Shown here: in pieces, positions 11,243 through 21,847 of the stretch
How the letters are laid out: every line of letters begins with the position of its first letter
Position numbering within the stretch: the first letter of the stretch is position 1
Source of the DNA: Longimicrobiales bacterium
GTDB lineage: Bacteria; Gemmatimonadota; Gemmatimonadetes; Longimicrobiales; Gaopeijiaceae
Length of the DNA stretch: 64,000 nt
Reading direction: 5' to 3'
NCBI GenBank assembly: GCA_041690395.1
Contig: JAWLHJ010000003.1
Span: 480,001-544,000, forward strand
Position numbers and translations under genes: made by a program
The notes under the pieces: generated by a model
Told to the model about the DNA's origin: nothing
Seen by the model: only the letters and a program-made list of their open reading frames with translations
The model's database searches: none

Positions 11243-12500
11243 TCCTCGGCAGATGGAGGTCCACGACCGTCTCGACGTGGGCCGTCTGTGGGAAAAGGTC
11301 GAAGCAGCGCAGGTCCGAGATGACGTACCGGCTCTTCAGCTCGGCCAGATCGCGGGCGAGCGTCGCCGGATCGCAGCTCACGTAGATCACGTGCTCCGGA
11401 GGCTCGGCCAGGATGGCCCGCACGATCTCCGGACCGAGACCCGCGCGGGGCGGATTGACGATCAGCAGCTCGGTGGGCAGGACGGACGGCAGGACGTCTT
11501 CGACCGCCCCTTGCCGCGTCTCGAACGTCGGCGGAGCGTCGCGTCGGGCCTCGGCGACGGCGTCCGGATCGAGCTCGATGCCGACCACCTCCGCTCCGGC
11601 GAGCGCGAGCGCGCGGCCGTAGGCTCCGCCGCCGGAGAACGCGTCGACGACGCGGGCGGGGCCCGCCGCCCGCGCGACCACGTGCTCACGCAGCAGCCGG
11701 GCCGCGCCTTCGTTCACCTGCTCGAAGCCGAGCCGGACGTCGTCCGGGCCGGCCCTGCCCTCTTCCTCGTCGCTCTCGGCCGGCCGGTGCACGATCGCGG
11801 AGATCTCGTCCACGCGCTCGAGCAGCGGCTCAGCCTTCCAGGGGGCGGCGCCCCCCTCCACGACGAGGGTCACCCGACGCGCGTCGTCCAGCCGGAGCGT
11901 GAGCCGCAGGCGGCCACCGGCGGGCAAGCGCGACGCACCGGCGCCCCAGCCCCGCCGGAGCGCCATCCACGCGGCCTCGATCCCGGGCTCGGGCAGGACG
12001 CACTCGTCGTCGATCTCGACCACATGGGTCGGGCGCCCCAGGGCGTGCAGCCCCGCGACGATGCGTCCGCCCCGAAGTCGTCGCAGCGTGAACGACATGC
12101 GGTTGCGGTATCCGACCGCCTCGGGCGAAGCCACGACCTCCGGAGGGTCCATCGCCTCGAAGCCGCCGATCCGCTCGAGCGCGTCGGACACGAAGCGTCC
12201 CTTCCACGCCCGCTGCTCCTCCTCGGGAATGTGCTGGAGCTGACATCCGCCACACACGTCGTAGCGCGTGCAGAGCGCCGGGCGCCGCGTCGGTGCCGGC
12301 TCGAGGACCTCTAGCAACTCGGCTTCGGCCCAGCGAGCCTTCACCCTGGCGAGCCGGACCCGGACGCGGTCGCCGGGCGCCGTGCGGGGCACGAAGACGG
12401 TGCGCCCGTCGGGGAGCCTGCCGACACCGGATCCCTGCGAAGAGAGCGCGTGGACATCGATCTCCGTGACCGTGCCCGCGCTGACGGTCTCCGTGCTCAC
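11235..12500 (-). CDS. rlmD: 23S rRNA (uracil-5-)-methyltransferase, RlmD/RumA family
   Basis: TRAM-like N-terminus, CxxxxxCGGC Fe-S motif, NPPRAG, YVSCDPATLARD, DLFPQTAHVE; GTG at 12500 overlaps upstream stop. Confidence 0.88.
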   Translation of the reverse strand: MSTETVSAGTVTEIDVHALSSQGSGVGRLPDGRTVFVPRTAPGDRVRVRLARVKARWAEAELLEVLEPAPTRRPALCTRYDVCGGCQLQHIPEEEQRAWKGRFVSDALERIGGFEAMDPPEVVASPEAVGYRNRMSFTLRRLRGGRIVAGLHALGRPTHVVEIDDECVLPEPGIEAAWMALRRGWGAGASRLPAGGRLRLTLRLDDARRVTLVVEGGAAPWKAEPLLERVDEISAIVHRPAESDEEEGRAGPDDVRLGFEQVNEGAARLLREHVVARAAGPARVVDAFSGGGAYGRALALAGAEVVGIELDPDAVAEARRDAPPTFETRQGAVEDVLPSVLPTELLIVNPPRAGLGPEIVRAILAEPPEHVIYVSCDPATLARDLAELKSRYVISDLRCFDLFPQTAHVETVVDLHLPRSE

Positions 12501-14011
12501 CGCGACCACGGGGCTCCGGCCCGGCGCCAGGCGGACATCTCCGTTCCGACGCCATGCCCCTGACCCACGCGAGGGGTGCCGTGCCGCTGCCGGTCTTCGT
12601 GCTCCAGAAGTGCGGCCGCCACCGCCGCCGCCGTCAGCACCTCTTCGGAGCCTTCGGGGGCGAGCAGCTCCGGATGCTCCTCCAGATACCGGATCGACAG
12701 GTCACCGGCGCGGAACTCCGGCTCGGCCATGACCTTGCGGTGGAAGTCCGCGCACGTCTCCACGCCCGCGACCACCAGCTCCTCCAGGGCGCGACTCATC
12801 CGGTCGATAGCGTGCGTGCGGTCGCTCCCGTGCACGATGAGCTTCGCGAGCAGTGGGTCGTAGTGCAGCGTGACCTCGGAGCCTTCGAGCACGCCGCCGT
12901 CCCAGCGAACGCCCGGTCCGGTGGGGATCCCGAGATGCGTGAGCGTCCCGGTCGAGGGGAGGAAGCCGTGAGCCGGATCCTCCGACGTGATCCGGCACTC
13001 GATGGCGTGCCCGCTCAGCCGGATGTCGTCCTGCGTGAAGGCGAGCTTCTCGCCCGACGCCACGCGGAGCTGCCAATCCACCAGGTCGATCCCCGTGACG
13101 AGCTCGGTGACGGGGTGCTCCACCTGGATGCGCGTGTTCATCTCGAGGAAGAAGAACTCACCATCCTGGTAGAGGAACTCGATGGTGCCGGCCCCGCGGT
13201 ACGAGACGGCCTGGGCGGCGAGGACTGCCGCCTGGCCCATGGCCGCGCGCTCCTCGCGGGTGAGCACCGGTGACGGCGCCTCTTCGATGAGCTTCTGATG
13301 CCGCCGCTGAATGGAGCACTCCCGCTCGGCGAGGTGCACCACGTTGCCGTGCGCGTCGCCGAGCACCTGGATCTCGATGTGGCGGGGGCGGCCCAGATAT
13401 CGCTCGAGGTAGACCGAGCCGTCTCCGAACGCTGCGAGCGCCTCACGCGCCGCCGCCTCGAAGGCGCGCGGCAGCTCGGCCGAGCTCTCGACGACCCGCA
13501 TCCCCTTCCCGCCGCCACCCGCCGCAGCCTTCAGCAGCACCGGGTAGCCGATCTCCTCCGCAGCGGCCACGGCCGCCTCCGGATCCGCGACCGCCTCCGT
13601 CAGACCGGGAACGATGGGCACGCCCGCCTCGGTCATCCGGCGGCGCGCCTCGGTCTTGTCGCCCATGGCCGAGATCGTCTCGGAGGTCGGCCCGACGAAC
13701 ACGAGGCCCGCGTCCTCGACCGCCTTGGCGAAGCCCGCGCGTTCGGCCAGGAAGCCGTATCCCGGATGGATGGCGTCGGCGCCGGCCTCCTTGGCCACCT
13801 CGATGAGCCGGTCGGCCTTCAGGTAGCTCTCGGCCGACGGCGCCGGGCCGATCAGATAGGCCTCGTCCGCCAGCAGCACGTGCGGCGCGAGTCGATCGGC
13901 CTCGGAGTACACGGCGACCGTGCGGATGCCACGCTCACGTGCCGCGCGCACGATGCGCACGGCGATCTCTCCACGGTTGGCGACCAGCAGCGACCGGATC
14001 AAGCGATTCAC
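12497..14011 (-). CDS. accC: Biotin carboxylase subunit of acetyl/propionyl-CoA carboxylase
   Basis: LVANRGEIA, HPGYGFLAE, GGGGKGMR, ERECSIQRRHQK, EMNTRIQVEHPVTE. Confidence 0.93.
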   Translation of the reverse strand: MNRLIRSLLVANRGEIAVRIVRAARERGIRTVAVYSEADRLAPHVLLADEAYLIGPAPSAESYLKADRLIEVAKEAGADAIHPGYGFLAERAGFAKAVEDAGLVFVGPTSETISAMGDKTEARRRMTEAGVPIVPGLTEAVADPEAAVAAAEEIGYPVLLKAAAGGGGKGMRVVESSAELPRAFEAAAREALAAFGDGSVYLERYLGRPRHIEIQVLGDAHGNVVHLAERECSIQRRHQKLIEEAPSPVLTREERAAMGQAAVLAAQAVSYRGAGTIEFLYQDGEFFFLEMNTRIQVEHPVTELVTGIDLVDWQLRVASGEKLAFTQDDIRLSGHAIECRITSEDPAHGFLPSTGTLTHLGIPTGPGVRWDGGVLEGSEVTLHYDPLLAKLIVHGSDRTHAIDRMSRALEELVVAGVETCADFHRKVMAEPEFRAGDLSIRYLEEHPELLAPEGSEEVLTAAAVAAALLEHEDRQRHGTPRVGQGHGVGTEMSAWRRAGAPWSR

Positions 14012-14191
14012 CCTCGGGATTTCTTGGCGGACGGCCCGGGACGAGCCCGGCGTTTCAAGCCCCGAAGTTTAGAGAAGCTCCGGCTTTGGCCAAAGGGCTA
14101 GCAGGTCGCGGCGGCCGAGGCCGGCGCCGACATCGGCCGCGAGGCGTCAGCCACGGCGCGGGGCGCGGGAGCGATCCTTTTTCGCCGGCTC

Positions 14192-14355
14192 GGGAATCGT
14201 TCGAACCTCGAAAGGGTGCCGCAGCCTCGTCCTCGCGCAGGGAGCCTTCGAAAAGCCCCGTGTGGCGCGGAGATACGCCCGGAGGTTCACCGGGAGAGAT
14301 CGTTCGAAAGTCGTTCGACTTTCGAACGACTTTCGAAGCCCGCACGGAAGGGACC
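14192..14355 (+). repeat. Dispersed intergenic 164-bp element, copy A, with nested palindromes
   Basis: Aligns without gaps to the reverse complement of 32399..32562 (about 112/164 identical by hand count); perfect inverted repeats 14300-14313/14316-14329 and 14303-14318/14322-14337. Confidence 0.85.
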
Positions 14356-14442
14356 GCAGCTCGGCCCCGGAAGCCGGTCGCCCTCTACGCCGCGACCGGC
14401 CACACATCCGCGCGTGCGGGCGGCCCGGGCGCGGCCCGCCGG

Positions 14443-15492
14443 TCAGCCCCCGCCAGATCTCCCGATCCTTCCGGACACGTCCATCTCCCGCCCGTCACGC
14501 CGAATCCGGAACGTCACCAGCTCGCCGTCATCGTACGTGGAGAGGATCGAGCGCACGCGGGCAGGGGTCTCGACCGTCCTGTCGCCGATCTCGAGGATCA
14601 CGTCCCCCGCCCGGAGTCCCAGCGCCGACTCTTCCGGCACCGCCGTGACCAGGACGCCGCGCTCGGTGCCGAAGTAGCTCCCGAGCTCCGGCCCGACGCG
14701 CACCAGCTCCAGTCCCGAGCCGAACCCGCGCCACATCCCGAAGCTCCGCAGCCCTTCCACCTCCGGGCCGTCGAAGCGGAAGTGGAACGCTCCCGGTGGC
14801 ATCGGCGCATCGGGAGCACCGGGGGCATCCGGCGCGTCCGGAGGTCGCGGCCCCCGGAACGAGCGCATCCGGTCGCCGAACTCACGCATGCGCTCACCGA
14901 AGCGCTCGGCGTCCCAGTCGGGCGCGTGGATGGTGAAGCTCCGTCCCCAGCCGGACAGGTCCTCCGCCTCCACCGTCATGCGCTCGGCCTGGCCGTCACG
15001 GAGGTACTCGATCTCGACGTCCTCGCCCGGCTCGATGTCCCGCACGATCTCGAGGAGCCGCTGCGGAGGCAGCGCGCGATCGGGATCGAGGTCACGCTCG
15101 ACCTCGAGGTCCAGCGGTGCGGTCAGGGGACGACCGTCAATCCGCGTGATCACGTCGCCCTCCCGCAAGCCGGCGCGCTCCGCCGGCCCATCGTCCATCA
15201 GCCCCGCGATGCGCGCGCCGTCCGCCTGCTCGTCGGGATCCGACATCTCCACCGACAGCCCCAGCCGCGGCCGCGTCGCGCCGAGGGCCCAGGCGTTCAT
15301 CACCACACCGTCGATGTCCGGCATCCGCAGGCAGGTGCAGTTCTCGAGCTCCTGCCCGTCCCGGTCCACACACCGGCACTCGGTCTCGCGCTCCTGGCCG
15401 CCGATCGACGCCGGCGCCATCAAAGGGGCCGCGCCCGCCAGCAGGAGCCCGACCATCAGAATCCTCGCCCATCCCGTCGTCATCATGATCAT
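14443..15492 (-). CDS. Exported tandem PDZ-domain protein without recognisable protease domain
   Basis: Signal peptide; RPRLGL..GPAERAGLREGDVITRIDG and GLEL..LGLRAGDVILEIG..IRRDG PDZ patterns; start uncertain among ATGs at 15483-15492. Confidence 0.8.
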   Translation of the reverse strand: MIMMTTGWARILMVGLLLAGAAPLMAPASIGGQERETECRCVDRDGQELENCTCLRMPDIDGVVMNAWALGATRPRLGLSVEMSDPDEQADGARIAGLMDDGPAERAGLREGDVITRIDGRPLTAPLDLEVERDLDPDRALPPQRLLEIVRDIEPGEDVEIEYLRDGQAERMTVEAEDLSGWGRSFTIHAPDWDAERFGERMREFGDRMRSFRGPRPPDAPDAPGAPDAPMPPGAFHFRFDGPEVEGLRSFGMWRGFGSGLELVRVGPELGSYFGTERGVLVTAVPEESALGLRAGDVILEIGDRTVETPARVRSILSTYDDGELVTFRIRRDGREMDVSGRIGRSGGG

Positions 15493-15575
15493 CCCGTGTT
15501 GAGGTTCGTACACCCCATGGGACGCGGGCTGGGGGCGGAACGGTTGCCCGGCCCACCCGGCGGATCGCGGCGTTC

Positions 15576-15600
15576 GGGCCGGCGCCTGGGCACCGGCCCG
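15576..15600 (-). terminator. GC-rich hairpin just downstream of the carboxyltransferase gene
   Basis: Arms CGGGCCGG / CCGGCCCG; no clear U-tract. Confidence 0.4.
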
Positions 15601-15606
15601 GACCCG

Positions 15607-17157
15607 TCAGAGCGGAATGTTGCCGTGCTTCCTGGGCGGATTCTCGTCGCGCTTGTTGGCGAGCATGTCGAGCGCGGAGATCAGGCGCGGCCGTGTCTCG
15701 CGCGGGTCGATCACGTCGTCGACGTAGCCCCGCGCGGCCGCCACATAGGGGTGCGCGAACTTCTCGCGGTACTCCTCGATGCGGCGCTCCGTGGCCGCCT
15801 CGGGATCGTCCGACGCGGCGATCTCCTTCCGGAAGAGCACCTCGACCGCCCCCTTCGGGCCCATGACCGCGATCTCGGCCTGGGGCCACGCGAGGTTCAC
15901 GTCTCCGCGGATGTGCTTCGAGTTCATGACGTCGTACGCGCCGCCGTAGGCCTTCCGCGTGATGACCGTGACCTTCGGGACGGTCGCCTCGGCGAAGGCG
16001 TACAGGAGCTTGGCCCCGTGCCGGATGATGCCACCGTGCTCCTGCGCGACACCGGGCAGGAACCCGGGCACGTCCTCGAGGACGACGAGCGGAATGTTGA
16101 ACGCGTCGCAGAAGCGGACGAAGCGCGCGCCCTTGTCCGACGAGTCGATGTCGAGCACGCCGGCGAGCACCGACGGCTGGTTGGCGACGATCCCCACGGC
16201 CCGACCACCGAAGTGGGCGAAGCCCACCAGCAGGTTGGCCGCGAAGTGCTCGTGAACCTCGTAAAACTCCCCGTGATCCGTGATCTTCCGAATGACGTCG
16301 CGCATGTCGTACGGACGGTTCGGATTCTCGGGGACGATCTCCAGGAGTCGCTCGTCCTGGCGGTCGTGCGGGTCCGAGCCGTCGATGGACGGCGGCAGCT
16401 CGCGGTTGTTCTGCGGGATGAACCGGATGAGCTCGCGGACGGCGCCGATGCACTCCGGCTCGGAGTCCATGGCGAAGTGCGCCACGCCCGAGGTGGACGC
16501 GTGCACGTCGGCGCCCCCGAGCCCCTCCATGTCGATGTCCTCGTGGGTGACCGTCTTCACCACGTTCGGCCCGGTCACGAACATGTAGCTCGTGCCCCGC
16601 ACCATGTAGACGAAGTCGGTGATGGCCGGGGAATACACGGCACCGCCGGCGCACGGCCCGAGAATGAGGCTGATCTGCGGGATGACCCCGGAGGCCAGGG
16701 TGTTCCGGAGGAAGATGTCCGCGTACCCGCCGAGGCTCACGACACCTTCCTGGATACGCGCGCCGCCCGAGTCGTTCAGACCGATGATCGGCGCCCCGTT
16801 CTTGAGCGCCATGTCCTGGATCTTCACGATCTTCTCGGCGTGCGTCTCCGACAGCGATCCGCCGAACACCGTGAAGTCCTGGCTGAACACGTAGACGAGC
16901 CGGCCGTGCACCGTGCCGTACCCGGTGACCACGCCGTCCCCGAGGATCTTCTGGTCCTCGAGGCCGAAGTCGCTCGACCTGTGGGTCACGAAGCGGTCGA
17001 GCTCCACGAACGACCCTTCGTCGAGCAGAAGATCGAGCCGCTCCCTCGCGGACAGCTTGCCTCGCGCATGCTGTGCCTCGACCCGCTTCTGGCCGCCGCC
17101 TTCCTCGGATGCGGCCCGGAGCTCACGTAACGTTTCCAGCTTCTCTTGGATCGACAT
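15607..17157 (-). CDS. pccB: Acyl-CoA carboxylase carboxyltransferase (propionyl-CoA carboxylase beta type)
   Basis: [62 protein letters not shown]. Confidence 0.93.
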   Translation of the reverse strand: MSIQEKLETLRELRAASEEGGGQKRVEAQHARGKLSARERLDLLLDEGSFVELDRFVTHRSSDFGLEDQKILGDGVVTGYGTVHGRLVYVFSQDFTVFGGSLSETHAEKIVKIQDMALKNGAPIIGLNDSGGARIQEGVVSLGGYADIFLRNTLASGVIPQISLILGPCAGGAVYSPAITDFVYMVRGTSYMFVTGPNVVKTVTHEDIDMEGLGGADVHASTSGVAHFAMDSEPECIGAVRELIRFIPQNNRELPPSIDGSDPHDRQDERLLEIVPENPNRPYDMRDVIRKITDHGEFYEVHEHFAANLLVGFAHFGGRAVGIVANQPSVLAGVLDIDSSDKGARFVRFCDAFNIPLVVLEDVPGFLPGVAQEHGGIIRHGAKLLYAFAEATVPKVTVITRKAYGGAYDVMNSKHIRGDVNLAWPQAEIAVMGPKGAVEVLFRKEIAASDDPEAATERRIEEYREKFAHPYVAAARGYVDDVIDPRETRPRLISALDMLANKRDENPPRKHGNIPL

Positions 17158-19037
17158 CAACCTGTGGGTATCGGGTTCAATGTGCCTGACTGGATGCGCA
17201 CGACGCGCGTGCGCCGGACGACGCGGCCGTCGATGACGGAGAAGACACCGGTGGCGCCTTCGACGTCCTCGAGCCCCTCGAGAGCGGCCCGCACCTGGTC
17301 GGGGGAGCGGGCGCCTCTCCGGAATGCCTCGATCAACAGCAGCGCCGCGTCATAGCCCACCGCGGGTACCGGGCTCACGAGCGTGCGCTGGAAGTGCTCC
17401 TCGAACGCATCCCTGAAGCGTTGGTATCCCGGCGAATCCGTTCCGGCGCCGATGGGCGCGGTCGCCACGACGCCGTCGGTGTGCCGGGTGTCGACGCGGC
17501 GGAGCGTCTCGGTATCGGCCCATCCGGTGGTGCCGATCACGTCGACGGCCAGCGTGTCGAGACCGAAGTGGGTGATCTGGGGCGCGAGCAGCTCGACGTC
17601 CTCGGGCGGCACGGGCACGAAGACGGCTACGGGATCGAGCGTCTCGACCCTGAGCGTGTCGTCCTCGGTGAGGCCCAGGGCAGCGATCTCCGCGGTGCGG
17701 AGGGAATCGCGCACCGACCGCAGCTGCGGCTCGAAGAACGTGACGCCCTCCTGGTAGCGGAAGCGGCCCATCGTCGGGATGCCGAACCTCCGCAGCTCCC
17801 GCTCGAAGAGGTCGCCCTCCTCCGTCGAGAGCGGCGACGTCGATTCGATGAACGCCACGCGTTGGTAGCCCTGGGCGGCCGCGTGGCGCGCCAGCTCGTG
17901 GAGACCGACCGAATCCACGCCTTCGAGCGAGTAGACGCCGCGACCGCTCGAGGCACCCGACACCCGGGCCGTCGGAGACATCAACGGGAGCTCCCCGCTC
18001 CGCGCGTCCGCGGCCACGTCGAGCACGAGCTCCTGCAGGAAGCCGACCACCCCTCCCACCCCGGCTGCCTCCAGCTCCGCGACAAGCTCCGCGGTACGAT
18101 CCGGGTCCCCGCCGTCGTCCAGGACTTCGAGGGTGACGTCGAGATCGTCGCCGGCCATCATCGCGGCGACCTCGATCCCTTCCAGCACGAGCTCCGAGAA
18201 GCCGGCCAGGGCGGGCGCGCCCTCCAGTGGGAAGACCGCCGCCAGGGTGACCTCGCGGCTCGCGATGTACCCTTCCGGGAGCTCGCCGGCCAGAACGGCC
18301 TCCGCCAGGACCGCGTCCGGACCCCTGGCACCGTGCTCGAGCGCGGCGCGAGCCAGCGCGTCGGACACGCCTCGGTCCTCGGCGTCGAGCGCGAGGGCCG
18401 CGGCCCGGGCTTCGACCACGGGTCGCACGTCGGCATCCTCCGCCGCGGCCTCGAGCGCGGTCTCGAGGGTCGCGTCCGAAGCCTGGGTGACCACGACGCG
18501 GGCCAGCGCCACGACCCGCCCGGCTAGCGCATCGTCCGACATCCTCGGGAGGGCGGCCAGCCGCAACAGCGCCTCGTCCGGCTCCTCGGCGGCCGCTTCG
18601 GCCCGCAGCACGCTCAGCTCGGCGACGCGCGGATGGTCGCCCGACACGAGCGTCAGGTAGCGATCCGCCGCCTCTTCGGCCGTCGCGAGCTCACCCGCCT
18701 GCACACCCGCTCGAGCGCGGATCAACAGGGCCCAGCCCGAGACCGCCGCCGCCGGCATCTCTTCGACAACGCGTCCGGCGAGCCCGAGCGCCTCCTCAGC
18801 GTCGCCCGTGGCGAGCGCCGCCTCGGCCCGAGCCACGAGCTCGGACGCCTCGGACTGGCGTGCGCCCGAAATGGGTGCCGCGACCAGCACGGGATCGATC
18901 GGCTCGGCCGGAGCCGGCGCGGCATCCGGGGTCCGCGGCTCCGGCACCGCGCAGCTCACCATGGTCAATAGCGCGAGCGCGCAGACGAAGCGCCCGGACG
19001 CGGTGTGCGTCCGGGCGCTCGCACGACGCATCAGCAT
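17157..19037 (-). CDS. Putative lipoprotein with TPR-like N-region and type I periplasmic-binding fold (LpoA/LppC-like)
   Basis: Hydrophobic leader ending VSC; Ala-rich helical repeats; AVFPLEG, GYDAALL, EGATGVF in C-terminal half. Confidence 0.7.
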   Translation of the reverse strand: MLMRRASARTHTASGRFVCALALLTMVSCAVPEPRTPDAAPAPAEPIDPVLVAAPISGARQSEASELVARAEAALATGDAEEALGLAGRVVEEMPAAAVSGWALLIRARAGVQAGELATAEEAADRYLTLVSGDHPRVAELSVLRAEAAAEEPDEALLRLAALPRMSDDALAGRVVALARVVVTQASDATLETALEAAAEDADVRPVVEARAAALALDAEDRGVSDALARAALEHGARGPDAVLAEAVLAGELPEGYIASREVTLAAVFPLEGAPALAGFSELVLEGIEVAAMMAGDDLDVTLEVLDDGGDPDRTAELVAELEAAGVGGVVGFLQELVLDVAADARSGELPLMSPTARVSGASSGRGVYSLEGVDSVGLHELARHAAAQGYQRVAFIESTSPLSTEEGDLFERELRRFGIPTMGRFRYQEGVTFFEPQLRSVRDSLRTAEIAALGLTEDDTLRVETLDPVAVFVPVPPEDVELLAPQITHFGLDTLAVDVIGTTGWADTETLRRVDTRHTDGVVATAPIGAGTDSPGYQRFRDAFEEHFQRTLVSPVPAVGYDAALLLIEAFRRGARSPDQVRAALEGLEDVEGATGVFSVIDGRVVRRTRVVRIQSGTLNPIPTG

Positions 19038-19068
19038 CGTTGGCCCCGCTTCGGGTCATTCACCGGGA

Positions 19069-20982
19069 TCAGTCGTCCTTGTCTCCGGAGGCTTCCCCGC
19101 CACCCTCTTCGGAAGCCGCCTCGGCCGCCCGAATCTTGGCCGCGTCGATCTCGTCCTGAGACTTCCGCTCCGGCACTTCCGTGACTTCGAGCACGATCCG
19201 GCGGTTGGCCGCGTCGGACTCGATGACGCGCAGCGACACCGTGTCGCCCTCGCCATAGTACTCGTCCAGGCGGTCGGCGTCCTCGATGCCCGTGTGCGAC
19301 GCGGGCACGAAGCCCTCGATGTCGTCGCCCAGGTCCATCACCACGCCCTTGTCCTGGACGCGCGCGACCTTGCCGTCCTGCTCCACGCCCGGTCCGAGGC
19401 GCTCGGAGATGTGCGGCCACGGATCGTCGCTGAGCTGCTTCATGCCCAGGCTGATCCGCTTGTTCTCGGCGTCCACGTCGAGGACCATGACCTCGAGGTC
19501 CTGACCCTTCTGCACGATCTCGGACGGATGCTCGACGCGGCGCGTCCAGCTCATGTCCGACACGTGCACCAGGCCGTCGATGCCCGGCTCGATCTCCACG
19601 AAGGCGCCGAAGGAGGTGAGGTTGCGCACCGTGCCCGTGAGCGTCGTGCCGGTCGGGTACTTCACCGGCAGCGCCAGCCACGGATCCTCCTCGATCTGCT
19701 TCATGCCGAGCGAGATCTTCTCGTCGTCCGGATCGACCTTCAGCACCACGGCTTCGATGTCGTCGCCGATGGTGACGACCTTCGACGGGTGACGGACGTT
19801 GCGGGTCCAGCTCATCTCGGAGATGTGGACCAGGCCCTCGACACCCTTCTCGAGCTCGATGAACGCACCGTAGTTGGTGATCGAGACCACCTTTCCACGG
19901 ACACGCGAGCCGACCGGGTACTTCTTGTCGATGTCCGTCCACGGGTACGGCAGGAGCTGCTTGAGCCCCAGGCTGATCCGCTCACGGTTCCAGTCGATGT
20001 CCAACACCTTCACGTCGATCGACTCACCGATGTTCACCACCTCGGACGGATGGCCGACGCGGCCCCACGACATGTCGGTGATGTGGAGCAGGCCGTCGAG
20101 CCCGCCCAGGTCGATGAAGGCACCGAAGTCCGTGATGTTCTTCACGATGCCCTCGCGTACCTGGCCGACCAGGAGCTCCTTCACCAGGGTCTCGCGCTTC
20201 TTCTCGCGCTCGGCCTCGAGGATCACGCGGCGCGAAACCACGATGTTCCGGCGACGCTTGTTGAGCTTGATGATCTTGAAGCGGTACGTCTCGCCGATGA
20301 GGTCCTCGATGTTCGGGACCCGGCGGAGGGCGATCTGCGAGCCCGGCAGGAAGGCGTCCACGCCCATGAGGTCGACGGTCACGCCGCCCTTGATCTTGCG
20401 GACGAGCGTGCCCTTGACCGGACGGTCGGCGTCGTGCGCCTCGCGGATCTTCTCCCAGACGCGGAGGAAGTCGGCCTTCTTCTTGGACAGGACGACCACG
20501 CCGTCGTCGTCCTCGAGGCTCTCGAGGAGGACTTCGACTTCGTCGCCTTCCTCGGGGGCCTCCTTGAACTCGTCGAGCGCGACCGCGCCCTCGCTCTTGA
20601 AGCCGAACTCGAGGATGACGACGGTGTCCGTGACCCGGAGGACCGTCGCATTGACGATCTCGCCCTCCCGGAACGCACCGAAGTCGCCGCTGAAGTCGGA
20701 GAGGAGGCGCTCGAACTCGTCCTTCGAGGTCGCGAGGCGCTCCTCGCCGTAGGGGTCGTGGTAGAGCTCGGGGGAGTGGCCCTCGGGGACACCCTCCATG
20801 GCGCGCTCTTCGTCCGCCTTGTCGGCGGCGATCTCTTCGTCGGTCAGCGTGCGGACTTCACCGGTCATCGCATCGACGACGACGATGTCTTCACCGTCTT
20901 CGTCATGCATGTCGGGTGCGTCCACGGCGGACTCGGGGGCTTCGGATTCCGTTTCCGGAATGGGGTTCTTCGTCTCGGCCAT
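19069..20982 (-). CDS. rpsA: 30S ribosomal protein S1
   Basis: Repeated S1 domains (FGAFIDLGGLDGLLHITDMSW, YGAFIELEKGVEGLVHISEMSW, RISLGLKQ); start taken at ATG 20982. Confidence 0.96.
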   Translation of the reverse strand: MAETKNPIPETESEAPESAVDAPDMHDEDGEDIVVVDAMTGEVRTLTDEEIAADKADEERAMEGVPEGHSPELYHDPYGEERLATSKDEFERLLSDFSGDFGAFREGEIVNATVLRVTDTVVILEFGFKSEGAVALDEFKEAPEEGDEVEVLLESLEDDDGVVVLSKKKADFLRVWEKIREAHDADRPVKGTLVRKIKGGVTVDLMGVDAFLPGSQIALRRVPNIEDLIGETYRFKIIKLNKRRRNIVVSRRVILEAEREKKRETLVKELLVGQVREGIVKNITDFGAFIDLGGLDGLLHITDMSWGRVGHPSEVVNIGESIDVKVLDIDWNRERISLGLKQLLPYPWTDIDKKYPVGSRVRGKVVSITNYGAFIELEKGVEGLVHISEMSWTRNVRHPSKVVTIGDDIEAVVLKVDPDDEKISLGMKQIEEDPWLALPVKYPTGTTLTGTVRNLTSFGAFVEIEPGIDGLVHVSDMSWTRRVEHPSEIVQKGQDLEVMVLDVDAENKRISLGMKQLSDDPWPHISERLGPGVEQDGKVARVQDKGVVMDLGDDIEGFVPASHTGIEDADRLDEYYGEGDTVSLRVIESDAANRRIVLEVTEVPERKSQDEIDAAKIRAAEAASEEGGGEASGDKDD

Positions 20983-21149
20983 GTGACTCCGGGCTCGCGC
21001 GGGAGCGCGATCCTCGTGTGCCGGGGCTCTGGGGACGAGCGCCGGGCTCGGGTTCATATACGAGAAAGGCGCCGAGCGTACGCTTCACGCCCAGCAGCCT
21101 TTCGGCGACAGCCGGCCCACCGACACTTCGCAGCGGACCAAGCCCTGAG

Positions 21150-21178
21150 AAGCTAGGCCGCCCTCAGGGGGGCGTCAA
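21150..21178 (-). promoter_or_regulatory. Putative sigma70 promoter for rpsA
   Basis: Minus strand TTGACG-N17-TAGCTT overlapping the cmk 3' end, about 165 nt upstream of the rpsA start. Confidence 0.65.
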
Positions 21179-21847
21179 CCGGCGCACGCGGTCGACCACC
21201 TCGCGAACCTGCTCCTCGAACGCGAGCGCCGTCGTGTCGATGCGAAGGGCCCCGTCCGGCTCTCGGAGCGGAGAGTGAGCGCGCTCCGTGTCCTGGCGAT
21301 CGCGCTCGCGGATCGAGGCGACCTGCTCGGCCAGGGCGTCCCGGTCGGGGCTGGCGACGCCCTCCTCGGCGAGCCGGCGGCGCGCGCGCTCCTCGAGGTC
21401 GGCGACCAGGAAGACCTTCACTTCCGCGTCGGGGAAGACGACCGTACCCATGTCCCGACCGTCGGTGACGAGCCCCCCCTCCGCGCCCACCGACCGCTGC
21501 AACCCGATCAGCGAGCGGCGGGCCTCGGGGAGTCCCGCCAGCCGTGACACGTGCTCCGTGACCTCGGGGGTGCGCAGCTCGTCGGTCACGGGCCGACCCG
21601 CGACCTCCACGAGGAGCGCCCCTTCGTCCTGGACCGCACGCACGTCGAGGTCCCGGAAGTCGTCCGCGGTCAGCTGCGGCCACCGCTCGGGCGGGATGTC
21701 CGCGTCGAGGAGCGCGAAGGTGAGGGCACGGTAGAGCGCGCCCGAGTCGAGATGCAGGAAGCCGAGCTCCCGGGCGACGGCCTTCGCCGTGCTGGACTTG
21801 CCGGAGCCGGCCGGTCCATCGAGCGTCACTACCGGCCTACGGCTCAT
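21164..21847 (-). CDS. cmk: Cytidylate kinase
   Basis: DGPAGSGKSS, LDSGALYRA, DGRDMGTVVFPDA, RDRQD..R..SPL. Confidence 0.96.
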   Translation of the reverse strand: MSRRPVVTLDGPAGSGKSSTAKAVARELGFLHLDSGALYRALTFALLDADIPPERWPQLTADDFRDLDVRAVQDEGALLVEVAGRPVTDELRTPEVTEHVSRLAGLPEARRSLIGLQRSVGAEGGLVTDGRDMGTVVFPDAEVKVFLVADLEERARRRLAEEGVASPDRDALAEQVASIRERDRQDTERAHSPLREPDGALRIDTTALAFEEQVREVVDRVRRLTPP

